Assembly (NCBI RefSeq): GCF_001194135.2
Contig: NC_068981.1
Coordinates: 40,177,581 to 40,241,580, forward strand
Length of the DNA: 64,000 bases
Origin: Octopus bimaculoides
Taxonomy: Eukaryota
Direction of reading: 5' to 3'
Shown: positions 25,130 to 38,980 of the stretch, piece after piece
Numbering within the stretch: the first letter of the stretch is position 1
Layout of the letters: each line of letters begins with the position of its first letter
Position numbers and translations under genes: made by a program
The notes under the pieces: generated by a model
What the model was told of the DNA's origin: nothing
The model's database searches: none
What the model saw: only the letters and a program-made list of their open reading frames with translations

Positions 25130-26835
25130 ATGTGGAGAGCGCCACCCATCGGCAACTAAGAAACACCACAGATCTCGAGTTACCCTGCTCACCGAGTGCA
25201 CTATGGTAAGTGCTTTTCTCTCCTTCGTAAGTTCTAGCTTTCAGGCACATGCTTAAAATAGGTCCATTTATTCGGGCCATACTCGCTACATATACTCACC
25301 TATCAGCAAAATTACTGGAAGACAGCGCCTCTATCTGCATCATTACTTTCCTTGCCAAGTGGAACCTAGAAAAGTTAGTGAGGGCTTACTCGAAGCGGAG
25401 TGTCAGTCTTCAGCTCTTTAAGTAGCGTTCACCTGACAACCTCTTTTGTTATAGCCATCAGACAAAAGAAAAATTTATTTGTCCTTCCCGCCTAAAGAAG
25501 GTGAGGGAACGATTTTCACGATAGAGTAGGCCGATAGCTTATCCGTCTGACACGCGACAGAAAGTATTCAACGTAACTCCGCAACTCAGCAATGTACGAT
25601 CTTATACGAATGGATGCAGAACAGTTTCCTCGTTCTGTGTGCACCTCGAACCGGTGCGGCTGACGGCACTAACATGCCTGTAGAGTTTATCTCGAAATGA
25701 CAATAGCCCGAAAGCACTGCTAGGTGAAAAGTTTCTAGAAGTTAAACATGGGCTCAGGTCTGAGAGTTCTCCGAAAAAGACCAGTCAGTTGATTTCCATT
25801 GACAAAGAGAGCTACTCCGAGAACGTCATCACTCTTACACGCCGCTAATCCGCTATAGAAGGCTGTGATGGAACATCCACCGACCGGACTGTCCGACTGG
25901 CAGAGGGTTGTGAGCATGGTACTCAAGGTGTCAGGAGTCCTGCTTCGTTCCAAGCATAATCCAGAACTGTAGCTCAGTCAAATAGACGAGCTGCGGAAAA
26001 ATGCATTTAACAAACGGCAACTGCACCTGTTCACCGTTAAGGAAATGCTAGAGGTGTTGCAGCCTCAGTGCATGCCTGCACATCATAAACCATGGCATGC
26101 TCAATCTTCCATTCAGTGAATAATGACAGCAAACGACCAATGAAACATGTGTGATTAATGGAACATGTTCCCTCCTCAGAAAACAGACGAGCAAGTACTG
26201 CAATCTGGCAGTCTTGAAGCGGAACAATGTACGGCGGTCATTGCGCGGCTATTCAGGGACAATTTTCTCTCAGCCCATTTCTAGATGAGACTACCCAACC
26301 TTCTCGTCACCTTTTTCTAGTTTTTGTTCACTTGGATGTTTAGACAAAGCTAAACACGAAATAATTTAACTGGTCCGTCCGTTCAATGCTGTTGGACAAC
26401 ATGGACCTGCCTCAGCGGGTACAGAGCTGCGAACTCAACGATTTCTCTTGGTTAAATTTGCTCCTGTCACCGCCTCTCGATCCTCAGAATATTCCGACAC
26501 TGTTACGGAATCGTCTCCCGCACATGCAAACATGAACATCTTAGTTCTCGCGGGATGCCCCTCCAAACTTCAATATTCTGCAGTAGTTGCTCTAAAGTCA
26601 GTAAATATAAAAGTAGGGAGATGGGGCATCCAAGGCGGACCGAGCGTATAATACTAGACAGTTGCAACAAATAGCCATTCGCTCTGACTACCGAGCAAAC
26701 GCCGTTTTAAATTGCCGCATATCCAGCTTCTACATATGGGCCCGAATCCAACTGCCTTCAGGAAAACTGCCAATTATTGGTAGTCGATCCTATCAAATTC
26801 TTTCACTGTCGCAAAGCAATCTATCTAGTGTGCTA
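25130..26835 (-). pseudogene. L1/Tx1-clade LINE ORF2 3' half (RT plus zinc knuckle), decayed
   Basis: Minus strand gives FDRIDYQ..AVFLKAVGFGP; RSVRLGCPISLLLY.LTLEQLL; CAGDD; AFYSGL...DDVLG; RDKLYRH...SRC..NEETVLH. Locally more GC-rich than the flanks. Confidence 0.8.
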
Positions 26836-26840
26836 ACGAT

Positions 26841-26923
26841 TCTTCTTCTTCTTCTTCTTCTTCTTCTTCTTCTTCTTCTTCTTCTTCTTCTTCTTCTTCT
26901 TCTTCTTCTTCTTCTTCTTCTTC
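26841..26923. repeat. (CTT)n microsatellite running into an N gap
   Basis: Seen directly. Confidence 0.95.
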
Positions 26924-27090
26924 NNNNNNNNNNNNNNNNNNNNNNNNNNNNNNNNNNNNNNNNNNNNNNNNNNNNNNNNNNNNNNNNNNNNNNNNNNNNN
27001 NNNNNNNNNNNNNNNNNNNNNNNNNNNNNNNNNNNNNNNNNNNNNNNNNNNNNNNNNNNNNNNNNNNNNNNNNNNNNNNNNNNNNNNNNN

Positions 27091-27310
27091 CCCACTACTT
27101 CTGCACGTGATTAGAGATGCACATATTGTCAGCTACTAAGGGACATGCTCAACTGGTTAAGATCAAACAACTGACAAGCAAATGTGTGGTGTTGAGCAGA
27201 ATATTTACTGTAGCCTATTTTTTATACCAAGACGAATCAATGTACATAATAACACTTCCAATCAGTTAAGATCAGAAGCGATGAGGGCAACTGCCTAGTA
27301 CTGCGTCAGA
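27091..27310 (-). mobile_element. Interspersed repeat family E fragment
   Basis: Its reverse complement matches 36503-36662 (gcagtacca/ctaggcag...gattggaagtgttat.atgtacattg). Confidence 0.75.
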
Positions 27311-27350
27311 GCATATTATTATTATTTTCATTATTAGTATTAGTATTATT

Positions 27351-27563
27351 AAGGCGGTGAGCTGGCAGAATCGTTAGCACGCCGGGCAAGATGCTTAACG
27401 GTATTTCATCAGTCTTTACATTCTGTGTTCAAATTCGCCGATGTCGACTTTGCTTTTCATCCCTTTGGGTTCGATAAAATAAGTACCAGTGAAACACTGG
27501 AGTCGGTGTAATTGACTAATCCCCACCCCAAAAATTTCAGGTCTTGTGCCTTCAGTAGAAAAG
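27351..27563 (+). mobile_element. SINE family B
   Basis: ggcggtgagctggcagaatcgttagcacgccgggc...gttcaaattc...gtcgataaaataagtaccag...gtagaaaag followed by (att)n. Confidence 0.9.
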
Positions 27564-27832
27564 ATTATTATTATTATTATTCTTTTGAGTAATTCTAATT
27601 AGGACACTTATGTAGCAGTTTTGAGGGATAGGGTTTGTCGACACCATCGGTTTCAGAGCTCAATTTGTGTCTAACAAGCGTGAAAGGATGAATTACAAAG
27701 TTGACCTCAGTAGGATTTGAAGAAAGTATTTTCCGGGACACATAGGACTCTGCCAGCTCAATGAGTTGTAATAATTAGTGCAAAGCATTTTCCCGTCGCT
27801 CTGACAATTCTGCTAATATCTACTTCATTAGC

Positions 27833-28035
27833 AAGGTGGCAAGTTGGTGGGATCGTTAGTACGCCGAATAGAATGCTTAGCGGCATTTCGTCCGTTTTTA
27901 TGTTCTGAGTTCAAATTCCGCCGAAGTCAACTTAGCTTTTTATCCTTTAGGGGTCGGTAAAATAATTACCAGTTAAGTACTAATCGACTTAGCCACTTCC
28001 GCGAAATTACTGGCCTTGTGCCAATATTTGAAACC
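27833..28035 (+). mobile_element. SINE family B
   Basis: Same head, B box, central domain and tail as the copy at 27351. Confidence 0.85.
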
Positions 28036-28173
28036 AGTATTTTAGCAACAAGGGTTCTAAGAAATACTATGAAATATGAAGAATGTTAAACAGGGATCCT
28101 CAGAGAAATCTTGGGTGGTATAGGAAAATTATATAAAAACGTGGATAGAGTGGAAGGTATTTTGCAATACATA

Positions 28174-28241
<68 letters not shown>

Positions 28242-28599
28242 CAACTGGGTTAAAAAATTATAGGAAACTTGCAAACATTGCAGGATATAACTCAAGAAGT
28301 ATTGTAAATTTCTCCATATATATATATATATATACATATATATAAATATATATATAACGTAGCCACATTACGCTAGCACTATATATTAATTTGCATAATT
28401 GAGCTTTCGATGGTTCGTCATTAAATAATCAGTGGATATATTTTCATTTCATTCACAACACATCATGAATCAGAAGCACTTAAATAAATTTAAGTATCAG
28501 AAATCCTGGGTTTCAAGAAAATAAATAAACAAATTCATTTTACTCTTTTGATGTGTGCCCTCTAGATACCTCTCTTATTCCTCGTTATGTTATTTGGCG

Positions 28600-29600
28600 C
28601 TGATGATTCAAGAATTCTTGCGGATCATTTTGGTTATAACAAACGAGTAATATCGTACATTTTTGGGGTAGATTATTCTGACGTAAGTACTCTGCAGATT
28701 CTTTAATCTTTGATCCTGATAAACCAGTACTTCTTCTAAACCGTTCACGCTCCTTTTCTCTAAAATTTCTATTGCGGTATCGTTGGTTTCCCGAATGGTT
28801 GTTAAGATCATTATCTAAGTGAATTCTCCTTTACTTGAGAAGGACTCACTTTCACAGGAGACAAAGCTCCTCACTTGAGATCGGTTTTTTGCCTAATGAT
28901 TCCATCTTCACGTGCGGTGTGCCCCTCATCACGCTTGTCCTTGATTGCTTTTTCGTAGTCCTTTTTTATTTCAGTTTTTAAACAAGTTTGCCGGTCGCCA
29001 ATTACCTTCCTTTCTTTCCCATCTTTATAAGTGAATGGGTTTGAGCTATAGTGAACGAATGGCTTCCTGATGATATAGTCTTCGTTGTTATTGCTGTTGA
29101 TGTGGATGATTCTTACATGGGTAATTCTCACCAGGTCAATCTGGGAGATGGGGCTCATGAGTCTTAGTTCATGACAGTGAGTATTACGATGTTTATTCAC
29201 GTTTTCTGATTTGTGTCCAGTGTCGCCTTAAGAACGTCATCCTTTGTGATTTGCTGCTTTTGTCGTTGTGTTTTTCCTTTTAAAACTTCCGGATAGAAAG
29301 CTTTAAAACTGCTGAGTGATTTTTGCAGCCTTTTTACAGGCATTTAGACCTCTTATTCTGGAAACTGAGTTTCAAGACCTTTATCTCAGCACGCTTTACA
29401 AGGCAAAACTCTTGCATTGTTTTCTGGTCTTGCGAAGTCATGGTAACTTTTATGTCAGTGGTGACCCCTCCCAGTCTATACTGATCAGTTGCCCTGCTTC
29501 GTATTCACCATAAATGTGACTACTAACCAAGGGTTAACAATATCACTCATGTCTCTGACAGTGGCCTTTGAGTCAGTCCTTCCCAACAACAGTGGGACCA
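28600..29600 (-). pseudogene. Possible highly decayed Ty3/Gypsy pol remnant
   Basis: Weak resemblance only: RKPFVHY (RNase H-like), DGII and KYWFIRIK..IC (integrase zinc region-like). Confidence 0.25.
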
Positions 29601-29664
29601 GCTTATAGGTAATTATGTCACATACAAATTTGGACTTGCAATTTAGACTTGTTGTTGTTGTTGA

Positions 29665-29880
29665 AGATGATTTGCTAGCAAAATCGTTAGCACGACGGAC
29701 AAAGTGCTCATCGGCATTTTGTCTGTCTTTAAGTGCTCAGTTCAAATTCCACTGAGGTCGACTTTGCCTTTCATCCTTTCGGCTTCAATAAAATAGATAC
29801 GAGATGAGGATTGGGGTCGATATTATCGACTTACGCCTCCCCTGAAATTGCTGGCTTGGTACTAAACCTTAAAACCATCA
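29665..29880 (+). mobile_element. SINE family B (diverged)
   Basis: aaaatcgttagcacg...gttcaaattccactgaggtcgactttgcctttcatcctttcgg. Confidence 0.8.
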
Positions 29881-30345
29881 TTATTGCTATTACAACTACT
29901 ACAACTACAACAACAGCAACTACTACTACTACTAATATCATTACCATAAATTACCATCATTAATTCAATAGATTTTTTTTTATTCTGGAACAAGTCTACC
30001 CTAGCACAGTCATTACTGGTGATTGGCATCATAAAATTTACGTAACAAAATTATATCCAAACACCACCGTTTATGTAGGAAATGATAAAGTAAATCGAAA
30101 TGATAAGGGAAAAAGATATTGCAAATTACTTGTTCTTCGGAGAACCTAGCAGATGGAAGATAAAGAGGTTGAGATGGTAATATGGTGATTAAATGAAAAT
30201 ATTTCTTTTCAATAGGGAAGTAAGTGTAAAATTACAACTGTGGTAAAAAAAAAAAAAGGTTGAAAAAATAAGTATAATATACTACTAGGTGTTCAAACAT
30301 CGGAATTTAAATATAAGGGAGGAATTTTAATTTCGGGATATATCT

Positions 30346-30397
<52 letters not shown>

Positions 30398-31599
30398 TTT
30401 GTATGAATAGTATACATACACACACACAGATACATACTATTCATATAAACACACACACACATACATACATACACATACATACATACATACATACATACAT
30501 ACATACATACACACGTGTGTATGAGCGTGATGTGTGTGTGTGTATTAAATAATAGACAAGTGAGGCTTATGGAATGGGGTACAGATTATAGTTGTTTTAT
30601 ATTCTATTCTGTTCTTCAATATTCTGATTTTAGATCAAAAGAAGGAATTTTATTCCGAAATATCATCAGACTATGGATGACTAAATTACAACAGGTATAT
30701 AGCCCATTGTTTGTATTATAGTGCATTGTTGTACCATTCAAAGCTTTTTATTCGTTGTAAGTTTATCATTTAAGTATATATGAGCATGTCTAGATATGCA
30801 ACTATATGCATGAGAATACAAACATAAAACAAAACATGCAAATCTGCAAATATACATACATACAAAAATACCCTGTTTTTGATGTTGAAATTTCAGTGAA
30901 GGAGCCCTGGATCTACATTAGAAACCGGTTCTTTCTCTATTGACAAGAAATCTTGAAATAAAACTGAATAATGACATACATACATGTTTGTGTGTATGTG
31001 TGCATACATGCATGCATGTATGAACATACATGTAGCAGAAACATACAGATCTCAGTGAGAAAAAGAAAACGGAGAAAGAGAGAGAGGGAGGGAGCGAGAG
31101 AAATAAAGAAAGAAAGAAAGAAAATCGGAGAGAGAGAGTATTAGAAAGTAGGCAACTTTGAAGGGAAGAAGTGAAAATATATATATTTGAATGACATTCA
31201 AATAGATATAAATCTTTCATTAAATCACTCTAGTCAAATATCAGATGAGGATAGGAATAGGTGTACGGTGGTGATAAGAGCTTTTTTTTTTTGTTATGTC
31301 CTGACGGACTTAGTAGAGCAAATTAAAACACTAGTTTTCGTGCCGATATTACAAATTGGAAGACATTGTTAATGATGTTGGCTGAATACCATCAAAATGG
31401 CAGACAAATTAAATAGATAATAAGCTGCCAGCTGACCTAATAGTTTTCGTTAAGAAAGAGTTTGCAAGTAGTCTAATGGTATTATGTATAATAATTTCTT
31501 TTTGACTAGACAGATGCCCAATCTTTTCGTGAGAGATTGGAGTATATAACTAATATTGACAGCAGTCGCAAGAAAGACTGTCCAATAAATATGCCCAAA

Positions 31600-32742
31600 G
31601 AGAAGTATAAGGTTTAACATGTAGTGACCAGTCGGACTTCGTAAGTCAAAAAAGCTGTTATGCAAATCAACTTCATTCACTTGTTCAGAATATACGGATT
31701 TTCTAAGAAGACAACTAACCGTATGTCGTTTGGTTGTCTTAGAATTGAGGTGAGAAAGGAAAGTAGGCAGCAATGGAATAGAACTTCCGGGCGATAAGTA
31801 TATTAGAGAAGTGGACAAAGAATTATACATGTATTTTGGTATTTTATAGTTAAACCAGATGATAACCACAGAGATGAGCGATAAAATCACATCAGAGAAC
31901 ATTAAAGAGTGAAGAAGCTGTGTAATTCCAAGCTGAATAGAAGCAATCTGATCAGTGACATTAACGCCGAAATTTGTGGACATATGTAGTAGAAAGATAA
32001 TAGTCATGCACGGATACGTTCATACTAGAGGTAATGTAGTATGACTTTATCTAGCAAGGAAGAAAGGTGGGAAAGGATTGACTGGAATAGAAGAGAGTGT
32101 TCGAAAGGTGAGAAAATCAGCGAATGCCTGTCTTAGACAGAGAGTGCTGAATGGATGTTGCAGGTTTCACTAAGTGAGAAGGAAATTAGTGAACGTAAAG
32201 GAGTACAAAGTAAGGACTTTTGAAGAAAAGATTAACATCTCGAAAAAGAAAGTCACACCCGGAAAGCTTGTCCAACTAATATTAGCTGTAGAAGATGAAC
32301 GATCGTGAAAATTGTTAAGACATGTTTTTTTTTTTTAATTAGAGACAGATGGCCTGATCCTTGCTACCTAAGTAGAAACTTTGCGAACAAACGCAATCAA
32401 GTTCAGCATTGACAAGATAGCAGAAACATTTCTGTGTAGATTGTATGGCAACTCATTTGAAACAGTTACACATGTAGTTAGTGGATGTCCTAAACTGGGC
32501 CAGAAAGTGTACAGAAAACATCAAGATTAAGTTGCACAAAGTGTACACTTGGGGATGTGCAGGAGGTATGAGATAGAGCGTACCAACAATTGGTACGTAC
32601 ACCAGTCCTTGCCAATTGCAGAGTTGACCAAGTGGAATTCAGCTGGTGCATGACAATCTACACCGATAAACAGCAGGAGTATAATCGATTATATATCACT
32701 CTCCTAAATAAAGAGACCAAAGAATGGATCTTCATTGATATA
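31600..32742 (+). pseudogene. Dong/R4-clade LINE remnant (RT C-terminus to RLE), 3'-truncated
   Basis: GIELPGDKYIREVDKE..YFGIL; KKLCNSKLNRSNLISDIN; HVVSGCPKLGQK; TIYTDKQQEYNR..ITLLNKETKEWIFIDI. Confidence 0.75.
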
Positions 32743-32794
<52 letters not shown>

Positions 32795-33198
32795 ATTTGA
32801 TAAAAGTAATTATTCTGATTTCTTCTAATTATTTGTTCTTTTCCTTTCGTTTCTTCATCTGATTTTTTTTTCTTTTTTTTTTTTTGTCTTTACCTATCTA
32901 CATCCTTTACCACACTTTCTCACTGAATGTAATCAATCATAAACAACTGCATCACAAACACCAACACATTCGAAATTTTCAATGACGACATCAATAACCA
33001 CACGCTGGCAAGCACTCACACACACACACACGCACACGCACACTCACACACACGCACACGCACACGCACACACGCGCGCGCGCACATACACGTAACACAC
33101 ATTTACAACAACTACCGTTAAAACAACATGGAGTGATGAGACATTCTTCAGATGTCATCTTGCTAATTAACACTATGTCATTTCCTTCTTTATAAGTG

Positions 33199-33202
<4 letters not shown>

Positions 33203-33230
<28 letters not shown>

Positions 33231-33315
33231 GGTGATAATGATAGTGGGGCGGGTGGGGTGTTGTTGCTGCTGCTGCTGTTTGTGGTGGTTCCACTAATGC
33301 TATTATTGGTGTTAT

Positions 33316-33366
<51 letters not shown>

Positions 33367-33812
33367 CGACGACGACGATGATGTTGAGGAGGAGGAGGAG
33401 GAGGAGGAGGTGGAGGAAGTGGAGGAGGAGGAGGTGAAAGTGGAGGAGGAGGAGGAGGAGGAGGAGGAGGAGGAAGTGGAGGAGGAAGTGGAGGAGGAAG
33501 TGTATATATATATATACACACATGTATTTATACATACATACATATGTATGTATGTACGTATGTATGTATGTATGTATGTATGTATGTATGTATGAATGTA
33601 GGTATATCTGCATATATGTACGTATGTATATATACATGTATGTATGTGTGTATGTACGTATGCATGTATGTATATATGTATATGCCATATATATGTATGA
33701 ATATGGCATATACATATATGCATACATGCATACATACATACCTGCATACATACCTGCATACATACATACATACATACATACATACATACATACATACGTA
33801 CATACATACATA
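33203..33812. repeat. Compound microsatellite (TTA)(TGC)(GAT)(GAC)(GAG)(TATG)(CATA)
   Basis: Seen directly; it explains the poly-S/P/H/E ORFs. Confidence 0.95.
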
Positions 33813-33813
33813 T

Positions 33814-34030
33814 GGAGGAGCTGGTAGAATCATTATCACAAAGACAGACAAAATGCTTAGCGGCATTTCGTTAGTCTTTACGTCCTGAGTTCAAATTCCG
33901 CCGAGTTCGACTTTGTCGTTCATTCTTTCCGGGTCGACAAAATAAGTCACATTTATTTACTGGGTTCGATGTAATCTACTAGTCCCTTCTTCCCAAATTT
34001 CGGCCCCTGGGTCTATAGTAGAAAGGATTA
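33814..34030 (+). mobile_element. SINE family B
   Basis: ggaggagctggtagaatc...gagttcaaattccgccgag...gtcgacaaaataagt...gtagaaagg. Confidence 0.85.
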
Positions 34031-34120
34031 ACATTATTGTTGTTTTTGCTGTTATGTCACATATTATACCCTCTTTTTTTAATATACTTGCTTTTTCGGT
34101 TTATTATTATCCATATCCAC

Positions 34121-34332
34121 GGCGGTGAGGTGGCAGAATCGTTAGCGTAGCGGGCGAAATGCTTAGCGGTATTTCACCCTTTCGCTACACTCTGAGTTCA
34201 AATTCCACCGAGGTTAACTTTGTCTTTCCTTCTTTCGGGGTCGATAAATTATGTACCAGTTAAGTACTGCGTTAGCTGTAATCGACTATCCCCGCCGCCA
34301 CAAATGTTAGAACTTGTGCCTATAGTAGAAAG
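34121..34332 (+). mobile_element. SINE family B
   Basis: ggcggtgaggtggcagaatcgttagc...gagttcaaattccaccgagg...gtcgataaattatgtaccag...gtagaaag. Confidence 0.88.
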
Positions 34333-34507
34333 CCTTATTCTTATTCTTATCAATTCTACTTTCTTTGTGAGTACAGCTGTTGTTGTTTTGGTTTACCTAT
34401 TGTTTTGNNNNNNNNNNNNNNNNNNNNNNNNNNNNNNNNNNNNNNNNNNNNNNNNNNNNNNNNNNNNNNNNNNNNNNNNNNNNNNNNNNNNNNNNNNNNN
34501 NNNNNNN

Positions 34508-34550
<43 letters not shown>

Positions 34551-35854
34551 TGTACAAATACGCATATATTTATCATTATTTTATTTATTTTATTCAATTT
34601 TAGAAAAATTGAAGCATGACTTTGACAATTCAGGAATGTATTGAAATTATTTTGTGCCTGACTTTTGACCTGTTCTGTGTATATTTATTTCTTTTACTTA
34701 ATTGCGGAGAGAAAGAAGTTAATTTTGGTTGAACTTCGGAAATAGAGATGCTTACAAGGTATCAATCATTGCATGGTTATTAAAGTTTCACAAGGCCTAC
34801 ATCTAACTCCATTTTCTGCAGACAAATACATTCTATGTAGAATGTTACCCTATCGCGGGAACTACCTTTAGAAATTTCTGCTAGTTATTTTCCAGATAAG
34901 GGATATATATCATGAAATGGGATGTAGAAGAGTTACAAAACGTATTTCATGATGTTCGCGAAGAATTATGAGATACATTATAAAATGTAGCTGAAAGAAA
35001 TATGCTTACTCAAAGTTTTGGTAATAGTACGCTGGCAATAGTAACATGAAAACTGAATGCTTATAATACTAAAGTTTTATGATTTTTGCAGAATTGTACA
35101 AAATAGCAGTGTGATGAGCAGACTAGCCTTCGGCTTTCAATTCAGAAAATACTTAATCATGATCAGCTACTGAATGTCTACAAATCAAAAATAAAATATT
35201 CACAATAGGATACTGCAACTACATTTGAAGTAGTGCTTCATCATCCTATGCAACAACCAAAAGATTACTATCTGTGTGATTGGCAAGGTACCTCACCAGC
35301 ATACTGGTACATTTGACTCACAAATGTACCGTCTTCTCACTGCCTATTCTGACCATCTGAGCTTAAATTGTAAAGAGATATAACTAAATATAGGATCAAA
35401 TTATTTTAATTTTGAAGAAACAGTAACATAATCGATCATATATCACTCTCCTACGAAAAGGATATAGCCATAACACAGTTTAGTTCCATATCTTACGAAT
35501 GTAAGTTCAAATCTCGCAAAGATTTATTTCGCCTCGCATTCTTCGTGGCTCGTTAAAATAAGTCCCGATCGAATACTAGGTTGGTGTAGTTAACTGCAAC
35601 CCAATGGCCTCGAGGAGTGTGACATTGTTGTTATTATAGTTGTTGCTTTTGTTATTGGAATGGATACGTTAATGGCTATAGTGCACGTTAATTTCTTTGA
35701 AACCGAGTATGGTTCCAGAAACTAGGTTTATCTTTTTAACTACACAACATTATGGGATTTTCAAGCAAAATCTCCTGGGTTTACTCAAATCAAATAGATC
35801 AGGTGCTAGAGCATTACAGACCAGACCTAGTGGTGGACCTAGCTGTGTCGCATC

Positions 35855-36495
35855 TGCAAGAGAGCGGATGAAACCATTGCCCATATCATGAACGAATTCC
35901 CTAGACTTGTCCAAAACAACTACAAACTGTGGTGACACGACCAGGTAACGGAAGTGTTACAGTGGAAATTGTGCGAAAATTAGGGGCTAGAGAGAGGTAC
36001 GACATGGTATGAGCATAGACTGCAGAGAGTGGCAGAGTCGGAGACTAGCAAAATCTTCTGGGATTTACCAATCCAAACAGATCAGGTTCTTGAGCATAAC
36101 AGACCGAACCCAGTGGTGCACCACATATGCTATATAGTTGATGCTGCATGCCCCTTTCACCCACGAATAGTTAAGAAGGAAGGCGGAAAGATAGATAGAT
36201 ACAACCCTCTTAAATAGGAAATAGCCCGGCTATGGAAAATGAAAAACGTGAAGATAATGCCAATTATTGTTGGGTTCTTGGGAACAGTACCAGAAGGCAT
36301 CAAGAGGAATATAAAGGAAATTGGAATAGAGTGCTCAGTAGAACTGTTACAAACGTGTTGCCTCCTTGGCATGGCCAGGATAATCAAGCAAGTATTAGAT
36401 AGCTGAAAAGAACGACTACCATGGTACCGTAGGCAGCAGGTAGTAAGCCCGCTACGCATCCAAGACTCCAGGAGTTCCAACAAAACCTGTGATTA
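35855..36495 (+). mobile_element. Dong/R4-clade LINE 3' fragment (CCHC knuckle plus RLE)
   Basis: CRICKRADETIAHI; HDQVTEVLQWKLC; SKIFWDLPIQTDQVLEHNRP; YIVDAACP; VELLQTCCLLG.ARII. A duplicate of the WD..QTDQVLEH segment lies at about 35763-35838. Confidence 0.85.
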
Positions 36496-36502
36496 AGAGA
36501 TA

Positions 36503-36985
36503 CTGTGGCAGTACCAGGCAGTGGCTCTCGTGGCTTCTGATCTTAATTGATTGGAAGTGTTATCATGTACATTGTTTTGTCTTGGTATAAAAGATGGGCT
36601 ACAGCAAATATTCTGCTTAATACCACATATGTGCATCTCTGATCATGAGCAGAAGTAGTGGGGGAGCATCATAGCCATGTGTTGAGAGGAATTCTTTGGG
36701 GTTTGAATAATTCACTTTTGGAAACATGCTCAACATCCTTAAACAACCCTTATTCAGGGACCTTTTGAGCGGGATGGGCTACTCGACCTGAAGAAAATTC
36801 TAACTGGGCCCCACTTGCAAGGTCATGCGCTGTTTATCTTGATATGAGATCACCATGTCACGCACATGTGGTTGTGATGCATGTGCCTGGTGTACCCTTA
36901 TCAGACGGGTAGTCATGATGTATATAATGGGCTTCGTATATTTTACCTCAGTGTCAATTTGATGGCATGCACTGCTCTCTTACTC

Positions 36986-36986
<1 letters not shown>
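36503..36986 (+). mobile_element. Interspersed repeat family E (retroposon 3'-UTR-like) ending in (AAT)n
   Basis: Homologous to 27091-27310; ends gcatgcactgctctcttactc followed by (aat)n. Confidence 0.7.
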
Positions 36987-37034
<48 letters not shown>

Positions 37035-37036
37035 TA

Positions 37037-37107
<71 letters not shown>

Positions 37108-37110
<3 letters not shown>

Positions 37111-38929
37111 TGTTGCAAAGAAAGCAAAGATGGTAAGATACGACCAAAGAATGAAGGGTTACCACCAGAATAGGTTATTCAAAGTAGATAAGAAGAGATT
37201 CTATAAAAAAAATAAATGGAGAATGTACAGATGAAAAGTTGATACCAGATAACATTGAAAGTCAAAGGTTTTGGAGTGACATCTGGAGCAAAGACAAGGA
37301 TCACAAGAATGATGCTGAATTGTTGCAAGAACTGAAACAAACAGTAGTCTGTCGAAATCAGGCAGAACTAGTCATTTCAGTTAAGGAAGTGAAGGAAATC
37401 AGCAAAGAAATGAGCAACTGGAAGGCCCCGGGACCAGATGGAGTTCAAAGCTACTGGATCAAAAGATTTGGTGAATGTCATGCACGAATAGCTGCGCGAC
37501 TCAACACCTTGTTAAACGCTGACTAAGGAACACCAGAGTGTTTGACATTGGGTAGGATAGTGCTGTGCCTGAAAAACATCGAAAAAGGCAATACGGTAGA
37601 CAATTACAGGCCAATATCCTGTTTGCCATTTAAGTGAAAGTTATTGACAGGAATACTCGCAGAGTCTATGTACGAACATCAGGAAAAAATGTAATCCTGC
37701 CACATGAGCAGAAAGGTTGCAATAGACAAACTAAGCAGCTTAGGCAGAAAGTCAAGGAATTTGCTAACTAGATATGGTTCACTCCACCCAAAAAGTGACA
37801 CAGACAGACTGTATGTACCAAGAAAAAGAGGGGAAGAGGACTTATTGGATGCGAACACAGCATTATAGCAGAAGAAAACAACATAGCACGGTATGTAAAA
37901 GATGCCAGAGAACCGCTATTATGAGAAGTAAGAAGGTAAGGCTTGTGTAAGATGAAAGATTGTAAAGATAAAGCACTATACAAGAAATTGAAAACGAATG
38001 AAACTGAACAATAGGTGGGTAAAGAAAAGAATGCATGATCAATTTCATAGGGATGTTGAAGATAAGACAGATAGAGAAAAAAGATGGCTGTGGATGACTA
38101 AAAGTGATTTAAAACCGGAAACGGAGGCTCTAATGTGTGCTGCCCAAGAGCAAGCACTAAGAACAAACTACATAAAATACAGATTAGACAACACAGCAGA
38201 AAGTGATAAGTGCAGAATCTGTGAACAAAACGGTGAAACCGTATGGCATATTAACAGACAATATACGCCACTAGCCCAGATGGAATATAAGAGACGCCAC
38301 AATATAGCCAGGCTTGTCCATAGGACACTCTGCAACAAGTATAGATTTGACAGAGCAAAAAATTGGTAAGACCACAAAACTGACGGCTTCGTCGAAAATA
38401 GAAATGCAAAAATCCTATGGGATTTTATGATTCAGTGTGTCTATGAGATAGAGAATAGGAAGCCGTACATAGTCTTAATTGAGAAAGAAAACAAACTATG
38501 CTGGATCATAGATATAGCATGCCCAGCTCACAACAAGGTATCCGATAAGGAAGAAAGAAAAGTCGAGAGATATGACAGGTTAGCTCGGGAAGTTAAGCAG
38601 TTTTGGTCGATGAAAAAGGTAGCAGTAGTACGAATAATCGTCGGAGCCCTGGGAACAGTGAGCAAAAATCTCGAGAAGTACGTGAAACAAGTAGGGGCTG
38701 CAANNNNNNNNNNCGTCGGAGCCCTGGGAACAGTGAGCAAAAATCTCGAGAAGTACGTGAAACAAGTAGGGGCTGCAATAAGGTTGGAGCACTTGCAGAA
38801 AACAGCACTGCTTGGAACCGCTCGAATACTCCGGAAGGTGCTCGAAAAATGAGAGGTGTTACCTTAGTTCACTGGCAGAGGACAGCTAACGCTCTAGTAC
38901 ATCTCCAACGTTAGAAGTTGTGCAAAGGC
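37108..38929 (+). mobile_element. Dong/R4-clade LINE with internal RT deletion, flanked by (TAA)n on both sides
   Basis: YHQNRLF; NWKAPGPDGVQSYWIK; NYRPISCL; EQKGC; PETEALMCAAQEQALRTNY; CRICEQNGETVWH; RKPYIVLIEK...IDIACP..KVERYDRL; QKTALLGTARILRKVL. Confidence 0.92.

Positions 38930-38980
<51 letters not shown>

Noticed and set aside
31450-32007. 185-aa minus-strand ORF
   Set aside because: It is the antisense shadow of the plus-strand Dong RT remnant.
33173-33888. Poly-Pro/His/Ser/Glu ORFs
   Set aside because: They are compound microsatellite translations, open in several frames on both strands.
38636-38777. Exact 65-bp direct duplication in the Dong ORF
   Set aside because: The two copies flank a 10-N gap, which is typical of unmerged contig overlap (assembly artefact).
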